Below are positions 49,366 through 63,032 of a stretch of DNA of 64,000 bases, one piece after another; the stretch's first letter is position 1; every line of letters begins with the position of its first letter. Origin of the DNA: Callorhinchus milii (taxonomy: Eukaryota); contig NW_024704742.1 of NCBI RefSeq assembly GCF_018977255.1, positions 135,906,001-135,970,000 on the forward strand. Direction: 5' to 3'. The position numbers were made by a program, and so were the translations under genes. The notes beneath the pieces are model-generated. The model did not search any database and had not been told where the DNA came from. It worked only from the letters and a program-made list of their open reading frames with translations.

Positions 49366-51149
49366 GATCAACTTGCAGTCTCACTATCAGACCCTGTTAT
49401 ACAGAGAGTCCCACTATCAGCACTGTGTTATAATAATAATCCTTCTATTTGATATAGCACCTTATCACATCTTTGAGACGTCTCAAAGCTCTTCACCAGA
49501 TATACTGTAAAGTGAATTCATTGTATATTTTGTGGGCTTAAAGTGAATTGTGGACGAAATGCGGCAGCCAATACAGTGAGTCTAATCATCAGACCATGTT
49601 ATTCAGAGTACTGTGAAAAGCCATGAAGTGAAAGCCTGAATCTATCTGTCAAATTCTCGGCCAGGACACCAAGAGAAATTCGTTTCCAGAACAAGCGAGA
49701 TATTAACTCCATCCGAACAGGAGAGACAGGACCTCAGGTTAACATCCCATCTGAAAAGATGGAGTCTCTGACAATGTAATAATAATAATAATAATCCGTG
49801 CATTTGATATAGCGCCTTATCACGTCTTTGAGACGTCTCAAAGCGTTTCACGGGATACACTGTAAAGTGTACTGACTTTGTGCGCGAAATGCAGCAGAGA
49901 TATCTCAAAGCTCTTCACAGAATAAACTGTGAAGCGAATCAACTGTGTATTTTGTGGGTGAATCATGGCAGCCAATTGCACACAGCAGCGTCTGGAATAA
50001 GGAAATTTGCCTCAGGTTTCTCCCTGCCCGGGAATCAAACCCGGGTCCTCTCGCTTGTGAGGCAAATCTCTAACCACGACACTATGGGACTTCCCAGTAT
50101 CATGCTAGACAGTGAGCACAAATTAGTGGATAGTTCTTAAATCTAGCCTTTATTTCTTTCTTTAAACTGTTTTTATGTAAAGACGGTGGGCCAGTGGGTA
50201 GGAGCAGGTTGATTTTCGGGTCTCTGGTTTGTTTGGATGCAAGACCTGTCTCATTGCTATTACAAAAACATGCCTATTCCCAGCTCCCTGACACAGAAAA
50301 TAGATTAGCCCATCACAAGTGACCTTGGCTTATCTGAGGCAATTACATAGATAATATTCTGCAGGTCAGGCTCAGGCAAATATCCTTTCAGTGCTGCTTC
50401 CAACATACATAAGGAGAGAGAGAGAGAGAGGAATTCTCAGGGCTGCTTAGTCTGAGCACTATCAGGGAGCACTCCCGATGGTGTAGTGCACGATGGCTGC
50501 TGAGGGCTGGATGCCCTCTTTGAGAAACGTCCGTGTGCCATAAGCAATATATTTTTATGTTTCTCTTCCAGAAAAATAACCCGACACTTACGGGGTTTGC
50601 AGGGAGTGGGGTGGGCCAGATGAAACGAAGGGAGGGGGAGGGGGGCGGCCAGTGGGCTGGATGCAGCCCGCAGGCCACTACTTAGACTACCCTCGCTAGT
50701 TCGAATCCCAGTTCATGCTGAGTTTGCTGGGATCAGCTGGGGCTAAGTTGCCAGGGTGGGGTTTTACCAACCACCCAGAGTCCCTGCTTTTGGTCCCCCT
50801 TTGCCGGTTGTGTGTGTATGTGTGGGGCAGCTGGACGAGGGGTGGGGGGGAGGGTGGGTCAGGCTCGGCCTTGATGCCCCTCTACAATCAAGTGATACAA
50901 TATAATACAAATTATGTTTGTACAGAGCCATTCACATCGGGAGGATGTCCCAAGGCGCTGGACAGTCAGGGATCCAGATCCGAGCTGGTGATTGGGATCA
51001 GGAAGGGTGGAGTGGAGGGGTAGGAGGGTGACCGAAGGCACGGTCAAAGAGCAGGGTCTTGAGATGAGTCTTGAAGGAGGCAAGGGTGAGGGTGAGGGCG
51101 AGACGGAGTCTATTAAACTATTATTATTATTAAAATAGTTGTTAAAACA

Positions 51150-51380
51150 AACAGAGAGGAGTTGAAGAGAAATATTTTCACACAGCGAGTTGTTGGGATC
51201 TGGAATGCATTGCCTGAAAGGTGGTGGAAGCCGATTTGATACAACTTTAAAGAGAGAAATAGATAATTATTCGGGGAGAGCGCGGGGGAGTGGGATTGAT
51301 TTGGATAGCTCTTTTCGAAGAGCTGGCACAGACACGATGGGTCGAATGGTCTCCTTCTGCGCTGTATAATTCTATGGTTT
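51150..51380 (+). mobile_element. CR1 LINE 3' end, same family as 1941-2176
   Basis: CACACAGCGAGTTGTTGGGATCTGGAATGCATTGCC...GATGGGTCGAATGGTCTCCTTCTG. Confidence 0.85.
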
Positions 51381-51383
51381 CAT

Positions 51384-51712
51384 ATAATAATAATAATAAT
51401 AATAATCCTTGCATTTGATATAGCACTTTTCATGTCGGGAGGACGTCCCAAAGCGCTTCACAGAACACACTGTAAAGTGAATTGACTGTATATTTGTGGG
51501 CGAACGCGGCAGCCAATTGCGCACAGCAATGTCCCACAAACAGTCGTAGATTGAAAATGACCAATTTATTATTGTTTTTGGTTTTTGGAGGGATTATTAT
51601 TAGGCTCTGTGTGGAGTAAGGAAACTTGTCCAAGGTTTCGCCCTCTGCCTGGAATTGAACTCAGGTCTCACTTGCAAAGCGAGTGCTCTAACCACTGAGC
51701 TACAGGACTCCA
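51384..51712 (-). mobile_element. Young full-length tRNA(Ala)-derived SINE (short subtype)
   Basis: Near-identical to 560-879; both yield the same spurious ORF (M.KFPYSTQSLIIIPPK...). Confidence 0.9.
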
Positions 51713-52999
51713 AAATGCCGTATCATGGCGTTGAGACACCTCACAGAAAATACTGTAAAGTGAATCGACTGTATATTTTATAGACAAAATACGGCAAACC
51801 AGTTGCGCACAGCAGTGTTCAACAATAGAGACTCTTTGCTACAGAGACTCAACTGACCGAATAAAATTAATTGAAGGTGTAACCTACACAAATTGCTATA
51901 GATTAAAGCATTTCACAGCCAGTCGTTGACAAATGCTTCAACCGCCAACAACATTTATACAGAGCCTTTCAGGGAAGATAGTGATTGGAACACTTCACAA
52001 GGGTGGGGTCGGATGCTGAGACGGGGAGGGGGGAGGTGATCATAGACATGTTCGAAGAGGGACGTTTTAGGATGGAATTCGAAGACAGATAAGGAGAGGG
52101 CACGATGAAGGGATAGAGGAAGTAAGTTCCAGAGGGCAGGGTGGAATAATAATAATCCTTGCATTTCATTTAGAAATAATAATCCTCGCAAATAAATTGG
52201 TCACTTCAATCCACGACTGTCTGTAATTGGCTGCCTCATTTCGCCCACAAATCCACAGCCAATTCATTTTACAGTATATTCTGTGAAGCGCTTTGAGACG
52301 TCTAGAAGACGTGTCCCAGAGAGAGCCGTGGATTGAGTGACCATATTATTATCATATATTTTTTATTTTGAAGGGATTGTTAGCCCCAATCGAAAGCGAT
52401 CCCTCATTCGACTAACGAGCGGGTTCCTACTTAACTGCTCGGTAAACAGATGTGTGTGGATTAAGGAAACCTGTTACATGCTCCCCGCTATGCGGGAATT
52501 GAACCAGGGTCCTCTCGCTTGTGCGGCGAGTTCTCTAGCCAATTCGCTGAATCAATAAAGTGCACTGACTGTATATTTTGTGCGGGAAATAGCATAGTGT
52601 CTGAAAGCTCCGTTACTGACAGTGCGGAGAGCGGTTTGGTTAAACGCAATCTCGAGAAAATCTCTGCTTTCANTTTTTCAAATGTCATTAAATAAAGGAA
52701 GTTGTGTGTTTATTGAAGTCTTATTGCTTTTTTAAGACAAGGCCAAAGGAAATGAAATGCAGCAGTCTCAATGGTTTTTGGGTTATTGCCGTATTTATGT
52801 TAATAATTACCATGCCATTGTGCATAATTGATGCTGTTTAACAAACTGCGACTATTAATAATTTCTCTGCAGAATTGCAATGAATAATGTCATGTCTCAA
52901 TGTAGATTTGTCACCCTGGATCAGTCAGTAACGCTCTATCCTGTGGATCTGAAGTTTGTGGGAAGGTTCAAGCCACACATCAGATCTTTGAGCTCACGA

Positions 53000-53410
53000 T
53001 CTATCAGATCACCCAAAACTCTGCAGCCCGTGTCCTCTCCTTCACTAGGCTCCGTCACCTATCACCCCCATCCTCGCCCAACTCCACTGGCTCCCCATCA
53101 CACAGAGGATACAGTTCAAGACCCTGGTCTTCCCCCTCAAAGCCCTTCATGGCTTTATCCCCCCTACCTCTGTGATGTCCTAACCCCCTACCAACCTGCC
53201 CGCTCCCTCCACTCAGCGGGATCCACCTGCTTCATGTCCCCTGTCTGCCCCACCATTGGTGGGCAGGTCTTCAGCCACTCTGCCCCCACCCTCTGGAACT
53301 TCATCCCGCAGTACCTCTGCCTCGCCCCCTCCCTTGCCTCCTTCAAGAAGTGTCTCAAGACCCTACTTGAGGTGTCCTCCTGACTTGAAAAGGGCTACAT
53401 CAAATACAAA
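53000..53410 (+). mobile_element. L2 LINE 3' fragment
   Basis: PPYLCDVLTPYQPARSLHS...FSHSAPTLWNFIP...FKKCLKT. Confidence 0.8.
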
Positions 53411-53699
53411 GATGAATATTTGGTCACTCAATCCACGACTGCTTGTGGGACACTCCTGTGCGCAATTGGTTTCCGTGTTTCATCCACAAAATACGCAGTC
53501 AATCCACTTTACATAATACTCTTTGAAGCACTATAAGGTGTCTCAACGACGTGATAAAGCACTATATCAAATGCAAAGATTATTATTATTCTGTTATTAT
53601 TATCATGCTGATTATTATTAAGTCTGTCCTCATAAAGGAGGCCCTCTTATTCTCGGTAACGTCCCAGTGAATCCACACTGTAATTTCACCTGTTAACAG

Positions 53700-54130
53700 C
53701 CAGACATACTGAGAAGCTTCCTTACGTCAGCAATCTCAGAGGAAGCCAAGGGCTTTCCCCATCCAGTGCTGGCTAGACATTCTGAGTTTAGCCAAATGTC
53801 ACATAGACTAGAGATGAGAGGGCAGGTGAGGAGATACTATGAGCAACCAGGCCAGATGGGCTGCACACTGGGGTGGCTGAGGAGGTGGCTAGCACCATCA
53901 CTCATGTTCTAGGAACTACCTTTAGGGAGCATCAGGAAAGAGGAGAGCAGCCCAGGGAATGGACAAGAGAAACTAGCCTGGGATTCAGGACCAATGTTGT
54001 GCAGATTACAGACTCGAAAGAGATGTTCGGGTGAAGATTACTGCAAGTGAGGAAGTCAGAGAAATTTGAGGAAGTTCTGGGAAAAGTTGAGCTCCCAAGA
54101 TCACAAGAGAGGTTTATGAAGAAGACCCTT
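53700..54130 (+). mobile_element. Possible highly degenerate RTE-clade LINE fragment
   Basis: Remnants QARWAAH and ERGEQPREW resemble RTE ORF2 motifs QLRWAGH and RGRPxxRW; weak. Confidence 0.3.
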
Positions 54131-55064
54131 GGTCCATTTCCCCACAAAATACACAGCCACTCCACTTTACAATATATTCTGTGAAGCGCTTTGAGATGTC
54201 TTAACGACATAATAAGGCGCAATATCAAATGCGAGGATTATTATTATCAATAGTATTATTATTTGATCTAATCCTTCCAGAATCCCCACTTTACCATCCT
54301 TCCAGAATCCCATCACAATATCCAGCTGTTTCTGAAATGAATCTAAACACATTAGCATTTAGGTTAGCCTTGTTCCAGCTGTCAATTTCCACCCACCGCT
54401 CACACCCCCCACTCTGTGTAAAGAAACTCTCTTTGTAAGGAAACACCAAAAATGACCCTTCACACCCCTGAACTTGTTCTCTCTTCCCCGTTGTATCTGA
54501 CAGCGTTGCTCTAAGTGGGGTGCTGGCAGCTGCTGTGTGTACATTCCCAGAGGGAAGAGCGATAGCAGGAGTACAAAGCTCCTGAGCCCCAGGATGATGA
54601 GATTGAGTCAATGTGGTCTTAAGGGAGGACCTTCATGCCTGACTGCTCCATTAGAGTTTTGTAGGCAAACCACGGACCTGTGGATAAGTGACCTCAGTGC
54701 GTATTATAATTTGGATATTAGCGAACTCTTTAGCGCAGTATCACATGAACGATCGCTTCGCAAAAGGCACAGACGCCAATTGTCTGCCATGTTTGCCCAC
54801 AAAACACATTTACTCCACTATATAGTGTATCCTATGTGACGGGCGCTGTATCAAATGCAAGCTTTACTTATTTGGAAGCTATTTATCTGCAGTCTTTGGA
54901 AAGAGTGGGAAAGCAGGAAGAAAAACTGAAACTGCGGTTGAAGAAGACAGCGTCAATATATTTAAGAGTAAACTTGATACATCCACGAGGGAGAAAGGAG
55001 AGAGAGGTATATGAGAGGGATATAAGAGGGGTGTGGGCTTGGAATACCATCATGGATTAGTTAA

Positions 55065-55412
55065 AAATAATAATAATCCTTGCATTTAATATAGCGTCTC
55101 ACCACATCATTGAGACGTCTCAAAGCGCTTCACAGAATCTATTGTAAAGTGGAGTGATTGTGTACTTTGTGGGCGAATATTCCACGAAGGGTCGTCGATT
55201 GAATGACCAATTTTTTTTTCTTTGAAGGTATTATTATCCCTGAAAAGCACTCGAAAACCAATCGACTAACAACCGGGTTCCTACTTACTGCTAGGTAAAC
55301 AGAAACATGTGGAGTAAGGAAACTTGCTTAAGGTTTCGTCCTGACAGGGAATCGAACCCAGGTTCTCTCGCTTTTGAGGCGAGTGCTCTAACCACAACCC
55401 TACAGGACTCTA
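55065..55412 (-). mobile_element. tRNA-derived SINE, long subtype
   Basis: Tail, central domain and head blocks present. Confidence 0.8.
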
Positions 55413-57219
55413 CTGGTGTAGACTCAACCCGACAGACTCCGTGCTGTAAAGTTCTATATAGGACCAAGACCATCAATTCCTTTGGTTGTTTAATAACCGG
55501 CTCCTCTCCCTTCGGGCTGTGCACCCAAGGCTATGAAATGTCGGTGTAAAGGCTGGTGCTGAGATTGGGCATCAGAGGACAAAACACCAAAGCAATCAAT
55601 AATTTACCCACTGTTTGGATTCTGTATCAAATTATTTTTCTGTTATTGTCCGATGAAATATTCATCTCATTCATGCATTTATTCATGACTTGCGGGGGCT
55701 TTGATTAAAGCCTCCCTACCACCTTCCACTCATTGCATCTAGTCACACCAAACCCCATCCCCAACGCAGAATAAATATCCTTTCTGTCACACGCACTGTA
55801 ATAATAAAATTGAAATTAAAGGCCATGGGGTTGGTCAATGCTGAGAACAACGGAGGGGAGAAAACAAGGATGATCCCCAGAGTTAGAGGAGTGAGTCATC
55901 AGTATAAACAATAATAACAAATCCTTACATTTAATATAGCGCCTTATCACAGCCTATACTATGCTGTAAAACGGATTGACTGTGTAACTTGTGCGCAAAA
56001 AGCGGCAGTCAATTTGCCACAAGCAGCGTCCCACAAAACAGCCATGAAGTGAGTGACCAAATTTTATCTAAGGGATTGTCAACCTTCTCAAGTAATGTAA
56101 TGTTTTTTTTAAACATTTTTAACATTCACCTGAGCAAGCACAGAGGGTATTCCAAGGTCTTTACCACCTATAATGCAGCGTTACCACAGCAGTATCAGCA
56201 CGGACTATTTGCTCACTGAATATTCTTTGGGCTCACAGTCTAGGCTGATGCTCCAGTGCAATGCTGGGATGGAAGAGGAGAGAACTACGTTGTCTAGAGG
56301 AATTACCCTTGTGGACATACTTAAACAAACCACACATCTGTGCCTGTTCAAGCATTAAAAACCCTGGGATACTGTGAGATTGGAGATAGATGGGAGTTTC
56401 TCCTGATGTCCTGTCTGACAAACTCTCTGAATGGCATACAACAAAGACTCCCTTGTCTACAGTCACTGCACTTTACAATAACACTGGGATCAGCCTCATC
56501 GTTCTCCTCTGTTCAACTATGGGTGGTGGGGGGGAGAGGGGGTTCAGCCTTGTGCCTCTCCACTGCGTTGTCTCTGACATCGGTGTCACCATTCAGTGTT
56601 GTCACTCTCCTCTGAGTTGTCTCTAACAGATGTCGGCTTGGCTCAGTCAGCAGCATACTTTTTATAGTACATTTATGCCCTGACATGGGATCATGTACAT
56701 TTATAGAGCGCCTTTCACGTCGGGAGGACATCCGAAAGCACTGGATAAAATTGGTCACTCAGTGGCTGTGTCAAAAATAAGGGGATCAACCTCATTGTTC
56801 TCTGTGCCGTCTCTAACAGTGGGGATCAGCCTAGTCACTCTCCTCTGAGCTGTCTCAGTGGGTGAATTAAGACTCTGATGGAAAGCACACACTGTGGAAC
56901 TGTAATTAATGTGCACAGTTGAAATTACAAGCTCCCTGGAGCAGTTTAGATTGTGTATCTGCTGATGTTAAGTCAGCTCCTGTGCCCCATTACACCCAAA
57001 AATGCCTTCATTTACACACGCAGGCCCATGCTGGAGATAGTGCGGTCAGCAAGGTCAATGCGATCAACACCAACACACCAAGCGAGGAGCGTGGAGACAG
57101 CAAGAAACCTCTCGTCAACCTCTGCTCGACCACAAGACAGCCCGGCTCGATCTGTTGGGGGTTCAAGCCCCACTTGTTAGCCCCACTTAACCCCACAAAA
57201 ATATACAGTCACCACATTG

Positions 57220-57545
57220 GGGAGCGTTTAGCACGTCGCGTAGTGGTTAGAGTGCTCGCCTCGCAAGCGAGAGGACCTGGGTTCGATCGCATGTCAGGGA
57301 AAAACCTTACACAAGTTTCCTTACTCCACACACCTCCGTTTATCTAGCAGTAAGTAGGCACCCAGTGTTAGTCGATTATGATCATTTTCTTGGGGGTAAT
57401 AATCCCTCCAAAAAAAAATAATAATTTGGTCACTCAATCCACGACTGTTTGAGAGACGCCGCTGCACGTATTTGACTGCCGTGTTTCGCCCACGAAATAC
57501 ACAGTCAATCCACTTTGCAATAGTATAATGATAATAATCCTTACA
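57220..57545 (+). mobile_element. tRNA-derived SINE, long subtype
   Basis: CTCGCCTCGCAAGCGAG anticodon-like arm, GGTTCGATC B-box, central domain. Confidence 0.8.
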
Positions 57546-58235
57546 TTTCCTATGGATGAGACGTCTCAAAGCACTTCACAGAACACACTGCAAAGTTTAC
57601 TGGCGATTTTATATTTCTTGCAGCGCTTTGAGACGTCACGATAAGGCACTGTATCAAAAAAATCCAAGGCTTATTATTATAACAATTTAAATTAAGGCGC
57701 TATAAAAATTTAAGTTCTTCCTTTACTCCTGGCCGGGATTGGGGAGGGTGGGGGGTGGGTGGGAAACAGCAGTTGAGAGGGGAAGATGCTGTGTTGGAGA
57801 CTGCGTAAACGCCAGTCTCTTCACCCTGAAAAGGGAATTTCAATAAAGGATTTGCGCGGTGTCATACCTCTGAATAATTAATGCCGAAATAAAGCAAACA
57901 CAATTACAAACTGTACAAAAAGATACGTCCGTGGAGACAGCCCGTGCCACTCTGTCACACAGAGATAAGAGGCGGTGAGAAATTACAGATGTGTCCCCAG
58001 GACATCGCTCCTGTAGCTTTTATTAGCTGCGACAGTGAGAGCAAGGCACCTGCTTCCCAACACACTTCACAACAGCCATCAGAAAGACACTCTGTCCCCC
58101 CGGTTTTAGATCAATAATCCCCTACAAGGTACACAGTCACTACACTGTTCGGTTAATACTAGTAATAATAATCCTTACATTTGATATAGCGTCTTATCAC
58201 ATTGTTGAGCCATCTCAAAGCGCTTCACAGAATAT

Positions 58236-58238
58236 TAT

Positions 58239-58310
<72 letters not shown>

Positions 58311-58665
58311 CCTTGCATTTGATGTAGCGGCTTATCACGTCTTTGAGACTTCTCAAAGCGCTTCACACAATATACTGTAAAGTGAATTGACTGTGTGTTT
58401 TGCGAGTGAATCGCGGCAGCCAATTGCGCACAGCAGCGTCCCACAAACAGTCGTGGATTGAGTGGCCACATTATCATTATTTTTGAAAGGATTATTGCCC
58501 CAGAAAGCAATCCGCCATCCGACTAACAAGCGGGTTCTTACTAGCTGCTAGTTAACAGAGGCGTATGGAGTAAGGAAACTTGCCTAAGGTATCGCCCTGC
58601 CCGGGAATCGAACTAGCGTCCTCTCGTTTGAGAGCCGAGCGCTCTAACCACTACGCCACAGGGTT
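58236..58665 (-). mobile_element. Full-length SINE, long subtype, with expanded (ATT)n tail of about 75 nt
   Basis: Complete block order; pure (AAT)n at 58237-58310. Confidence 0.85.
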
Positions 58666-59304
58666 CGCATTCATGTCAGAAGGCCATCTCAAAGGATTGA
58701 CTGTAAAGTGTGGTGACTGTATTTTGTGGACAACCAATTTGCACAGAGCAATCCCTCACAAACCACCATGCCACAAAGTACACAGTCAACTCGCTTTACA
58801 GTCTATTCTGTGAAGCACTTTGAGACGTCTCAAAGACGTGATAAGCCGCTACATCAAATGCAAGGATTATTATTATTATTATTATTATTATTAAGTGGTT
58901 TTATTCGGGGGAATTGTTGCCCAGGACACCAGGAGAGCAAAACTCCCTTCTCCTTTTGAATAGCGAATTCCGTCTTCAAATAATGAAGCATTTTGGATGA
59001 TTTCCTAATGTGAAACATATAAATTGTTATTTGTTAAGCAGACAGTTTCCATTGTGCTGCTGAGAGGAGCAATGCAAGCATTTATATAAGGTGCGAGGAC
59101 TGACAAAGATTTAAAGGTTTAGACAACAATCAAATCTCTTTAACGTGCATCGCTTATTGTGTCAACGAAGAGTGATGAAGACCTGGAGCTGAATGGCTGA
59201 CCCACATTGAGGGAGACGTGGCAATGGGTTCTGCGAGCACTTGCCATTGTGAGGCAGAGGGAGGCGTTCAGCACTAAAGCCGGTAGCAATTAACGCAGAG
59301 AAGG

Positions 59305-60385
59305 TTTACACAATGCAGTGCAGAGTCACAGCACAGTGCAGACACACACACACAGTGCAGACACACACACAGCAGACTGCAGACACACACACAGTGCAGA
59401 CACACACACAGCAGACTGCAGACACACACACAGTGCAGACACACACACAGCAGACTGCAGACACACACACAGTGCAGACACACACACAGCAGACTGCAAA
59501 CACACACACACAGTGCAGACACACACACAGCAGACTGCAGACACACACACAGTGCAGACACACACACAGCAGACTGCAAACACACACACACAGTGCAGAC
59601 ACACACACAGCAGACTGCAAACACACACACACAGTGCAGACACACACACAGCAGACTGCAAACACACACACACAGTGCAGACACACACACAGCAGACTGC
59701 AAACACACACACACACACACACAGTGCAGACACACACAGCAGACTGCAGACACACACACAGTGCAGACACACACACGGTGTGGACACTGCAGACCCACAT
59801 ACAGTGCAGCCACATACACGGTGTGGATACACACACAGCAGACTGAAGAAACACGCAGCACAATGCACTGCAGGCACACACGCACACAATAAATACACAC
59901 AGTACAGTCACACCCCTGCACAGACGCGCATATACACGTACAGATACACACTCACGTGCAGACGCACACACACACAGTGCAGCCACACAGAGCAGACTGC
60001 AGACACACACACACGCGTGCAGGCGCACACACACGTGTAGACACACACACAGAGCAGACTGCAGACACACACACACGCGTGCAGGCGCACACACACGTGT
60101 AGACACACACACAGAGCAGACTGCAGACACACACGCATACAGACGCACACTCACGTGTAGACGCACACGCAGTACCGGCGCACACGCAGTGCAGACACGC
60201 GCACACAGTGCACAATCTCACACACAGTCCAGACACACACACAGCACAGTGCAGAGTCACACAGCACGGTGCAGACATGCACATCGTACAGACACGCACA
60301 CCATACAGACACGCACACTGTACAGACACGCACACCGTACAGACAGAGACACACAGTACATACACCCACACTTTACAATGCAGAC
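59305..60385. repeat. Compound CA-rich tandem repeat (39-41 nt units, then 62-nt units)
   Basis: AGCAGACTGC recurs at 59371 and 59410 onward, and at 59991, 60053 and 60115. Confidence 0.9.
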
Positions 60386-61056
60386 ACCAGTGAGCCAAAC
60401 CCTGACAGTGGAATTAGAACAAAAAGCCATGATGAATCAGCCGGTTTCAGACAGGCCATCTGATCTCCGCCAACGTTAAGAGTCAGCGTGGCTCGGCTGG
60501 TCTGGTTACCACAGATAAATCCTATCCTAACACATCCACACGTGCAGCAGGGTATCTCTGGCTGGAGTTCAGGAGAGGTTTAAAGGGAATTGGAGAGGGT
60601 TGGAAGTAGAGATAGGCTGGGGTTCCATCAGACTGCTGGTCTGCTGATCATTGCTCACTGTGTGGGCGGCTGAACCTTCACTCCTTACAAGAGAGGCAAA
60701 CCAACCCAGAATAATTCACAGCAGGGCTTCTTTTTTCGTAGATTATTGGACTAGATAGAAAAGCCAAGTGGAAAGGCTGGGAAGCAAGAGGAGGGTACAA
60801 GAGGGGGAGAGGGAAAACTAAAGGTAGAAATTGCACAGGGTGTTCACAAAATCCTGTTACTCCCCACCCACCCCCCCACCCCATTTTTTCTTGCAATTAA
60901 TTTTTACTTTCTGTTGCAGATGAGTGCAGTGTAACAATGTCTGAAACCAGTAACTCTCTCCTCACTGACTCCACTGTGGCACCGAACACATGGCAATTGA
61001 TCATTATGTGGACACCCTACAGTTGTAGGATGGATGGCTGACGTTGAGGTGCTTAC

Positions 61057-61177
61057 CTGGCTCGGAAATGATCAGCTGCCCACTGGCATGTACGCTGCCC
61101 ACGTCATTCTCCACCATACACTGGTAAAACCCTTCGTCTGACCTGACCAGCCCCAGCACTCTCAGGTTACTGCCGCT
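61057..61177 (-). CDS. DCC: DCC coding exon 7 (121 nt, C-terminal half of Ig4)
   Basis: ag|AGC GGC AGT ... CCA G|gtaagc; [40 protein letters not shown] contains the Ig D-x-G-x-Y-x-C motif. Confidence 0.96.
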
Positions 61178-61829
61178 CTGCAGACACAAAGCAACGAAAT
61201 ACACAGTCACTCCACTTCACTAGGTCACTTCATTGGGTCACTCAATCCACGAGCGTTTGTAGGATTGAGACTGCTGTGTTCTTGCCCATAAAATATTCTC
61301 AATCCACTTAACGGTACATTCTGTGAAGCACTTTGAGGTGGCTCAACAATGTGATAAGGCACTATATCAAACACATGGATTATATTTATTATTGCACTTC
61401 ACTGTAAATCTTGACAGCCCCCCCTTCCCCCACCACCCCTCTCCTCAGCACGCTATTGAAGTATCAGGACACCAGGAGAAACTGCTTCTCTGTGAAGTCG
61501 TGCAAGTGAATGGGTTTTAAATGGCTGTGTATTTGTTGGAGACCGAGGGAGTGGAGGCTCCGAGTTTCTGTGCGGTTTCAAGGCTCTGTTAATGTAAGGG
61601 ACGCCTCAATGAGTTTGATGATATGAGTGCAGCGAAGCTTCATTTTGCGCTGTGAGCTATGTGTGTGTTTGACTCATTCTGTGAAACCAACCTTCACATT
61701 GCGCTGTGCTGCAATTACTGGTGCCCATGTACATAGCTAGACAGACAGACAGACAGACAGACCCACCCACCCACCAACTGACCGACCTCAGCCAGTTAAA
61801 TCCGTGCATACATAATAATAATCATTATT

Positions 61830-62185
61830 TTAATCCTTGCACTTGATATCATGTTGATATTATGCCTTATCATGTTGTTGAAACCTCTCAAAGAGCTTCA
61901 CGGAATATATTATAAAGTAAATTGTCTTATGTATTTTGTGGGTGAAACGCGGCAGCCAATTGCTCACAGTAGTGTCCCACAAACGGTAACGGATTGAGTG
62001 ACAAAATATTTTTGTTTGGAGGACTTATTATCCTCGGAAAGTGCATCAATTGACTAACAACCGGGATCCTACTTACTGATAGATAAACTAAGGCCTGTGG
62101 AATATAAAAACTTGCCTAAGGCTACGCCCCACCCAGGAATCGAACCCGGGTCCTCTCGCTTGCGAGGCGAGAGCGCTAACCACCA
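61830..62185 (-). mobile_element. tRNA-derived SINE, long subtype
   Basis: Tail, central domain and head blocks present. Confidence 0.8.
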
Positions 62186-63032
62186 CATCTTTGCCATACG
62201 ACAGACGTCTCTGAGCACTTCACAGAGACTGTGGGGAACAGTGCAGTGACTGGGACGAGAGAAGGAAGAGTTTAACAACGACAGGGATTTTTTTAGAGGA
62301 TTTTGAAGACGGAGAGAGAAAGAAGGGAGGGATTTTGTAGCGTTCCACAGAGCAGGATCATAGTGGCTGATAGCTCGGCTGTGGATGGGTGAACAGATAA
62401 TAGCAAGAATAATCCTTGCATTTGATATAATACCCTATCACATCGCCGAGACAGCTCAAGGATTACTGTAAAGTGTAGTGAATGTGCATTTTATAGGCAA
62501 ACAAGACAGCCAATTTTATAGGACAAAGCCAATTCTAATGGCTTTCTTCCTCTAGCAGCCATGAAATGAATGGTTAATTATGTCGAGGGGATACTTTATC
62601 TGTGTCTCGAATGTGGTAACTGCTGAAGATTAGCCAGCTAAATCCATAGTGTTTAAGGGTGTCTAAGCAACTATTTCAGGACAGGGTCCAGGAAGTATTT
62701 TTTACTCAGAAGGCAGTTGACAAACAGAATGATGAACCCCTATATTCTGATATTAGCAACTCCATAGAACAATATTATCAGTGACACCTCTATATAGTCT
62801 GATATTAGCAGTGACAACTCAATATCATCTGATATCCTATCAAAAGGCAAAATAAATGAATAATAATTTGGTCAATCAATCCATTACTGCTTGTGGGACA
62901 CTGCTGTGTGCAATTGGCTGCCGCATTTCACCCACAAAATATACGGCCAATTCACTTTACAGTATATTCTGTGAAGCGCTTTGAGACGTCTTGAAGATGT
63001 AATAAGGCGGTATATCAAATGCAAGGATTATT

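Noticed and set aside
52673..52673. Single N base
   Set aside because: Sequencing or assembly ambiguity, not a biological feature.
58238..58510. Poly-Leu, poly-Ile or poly-Tyr membrane peptides and the recurring KFPYST / SNARIII / IKCKDYY ORFs
   Set aside because: Translations of the SINE body and its (ATT)n tail.
59274..60479. Long Cys/Val-rich and His/Thr-rich ORFs
   Set aside because: Translations of a CA/TG tandem repeat, open in many frames on both strands.
1281..61177. Neogenin (NEO1) rather than DCC
   Set aside because: Diagnostic peptides ([30 protein letters not shown]) and exon lengths fit DCC.
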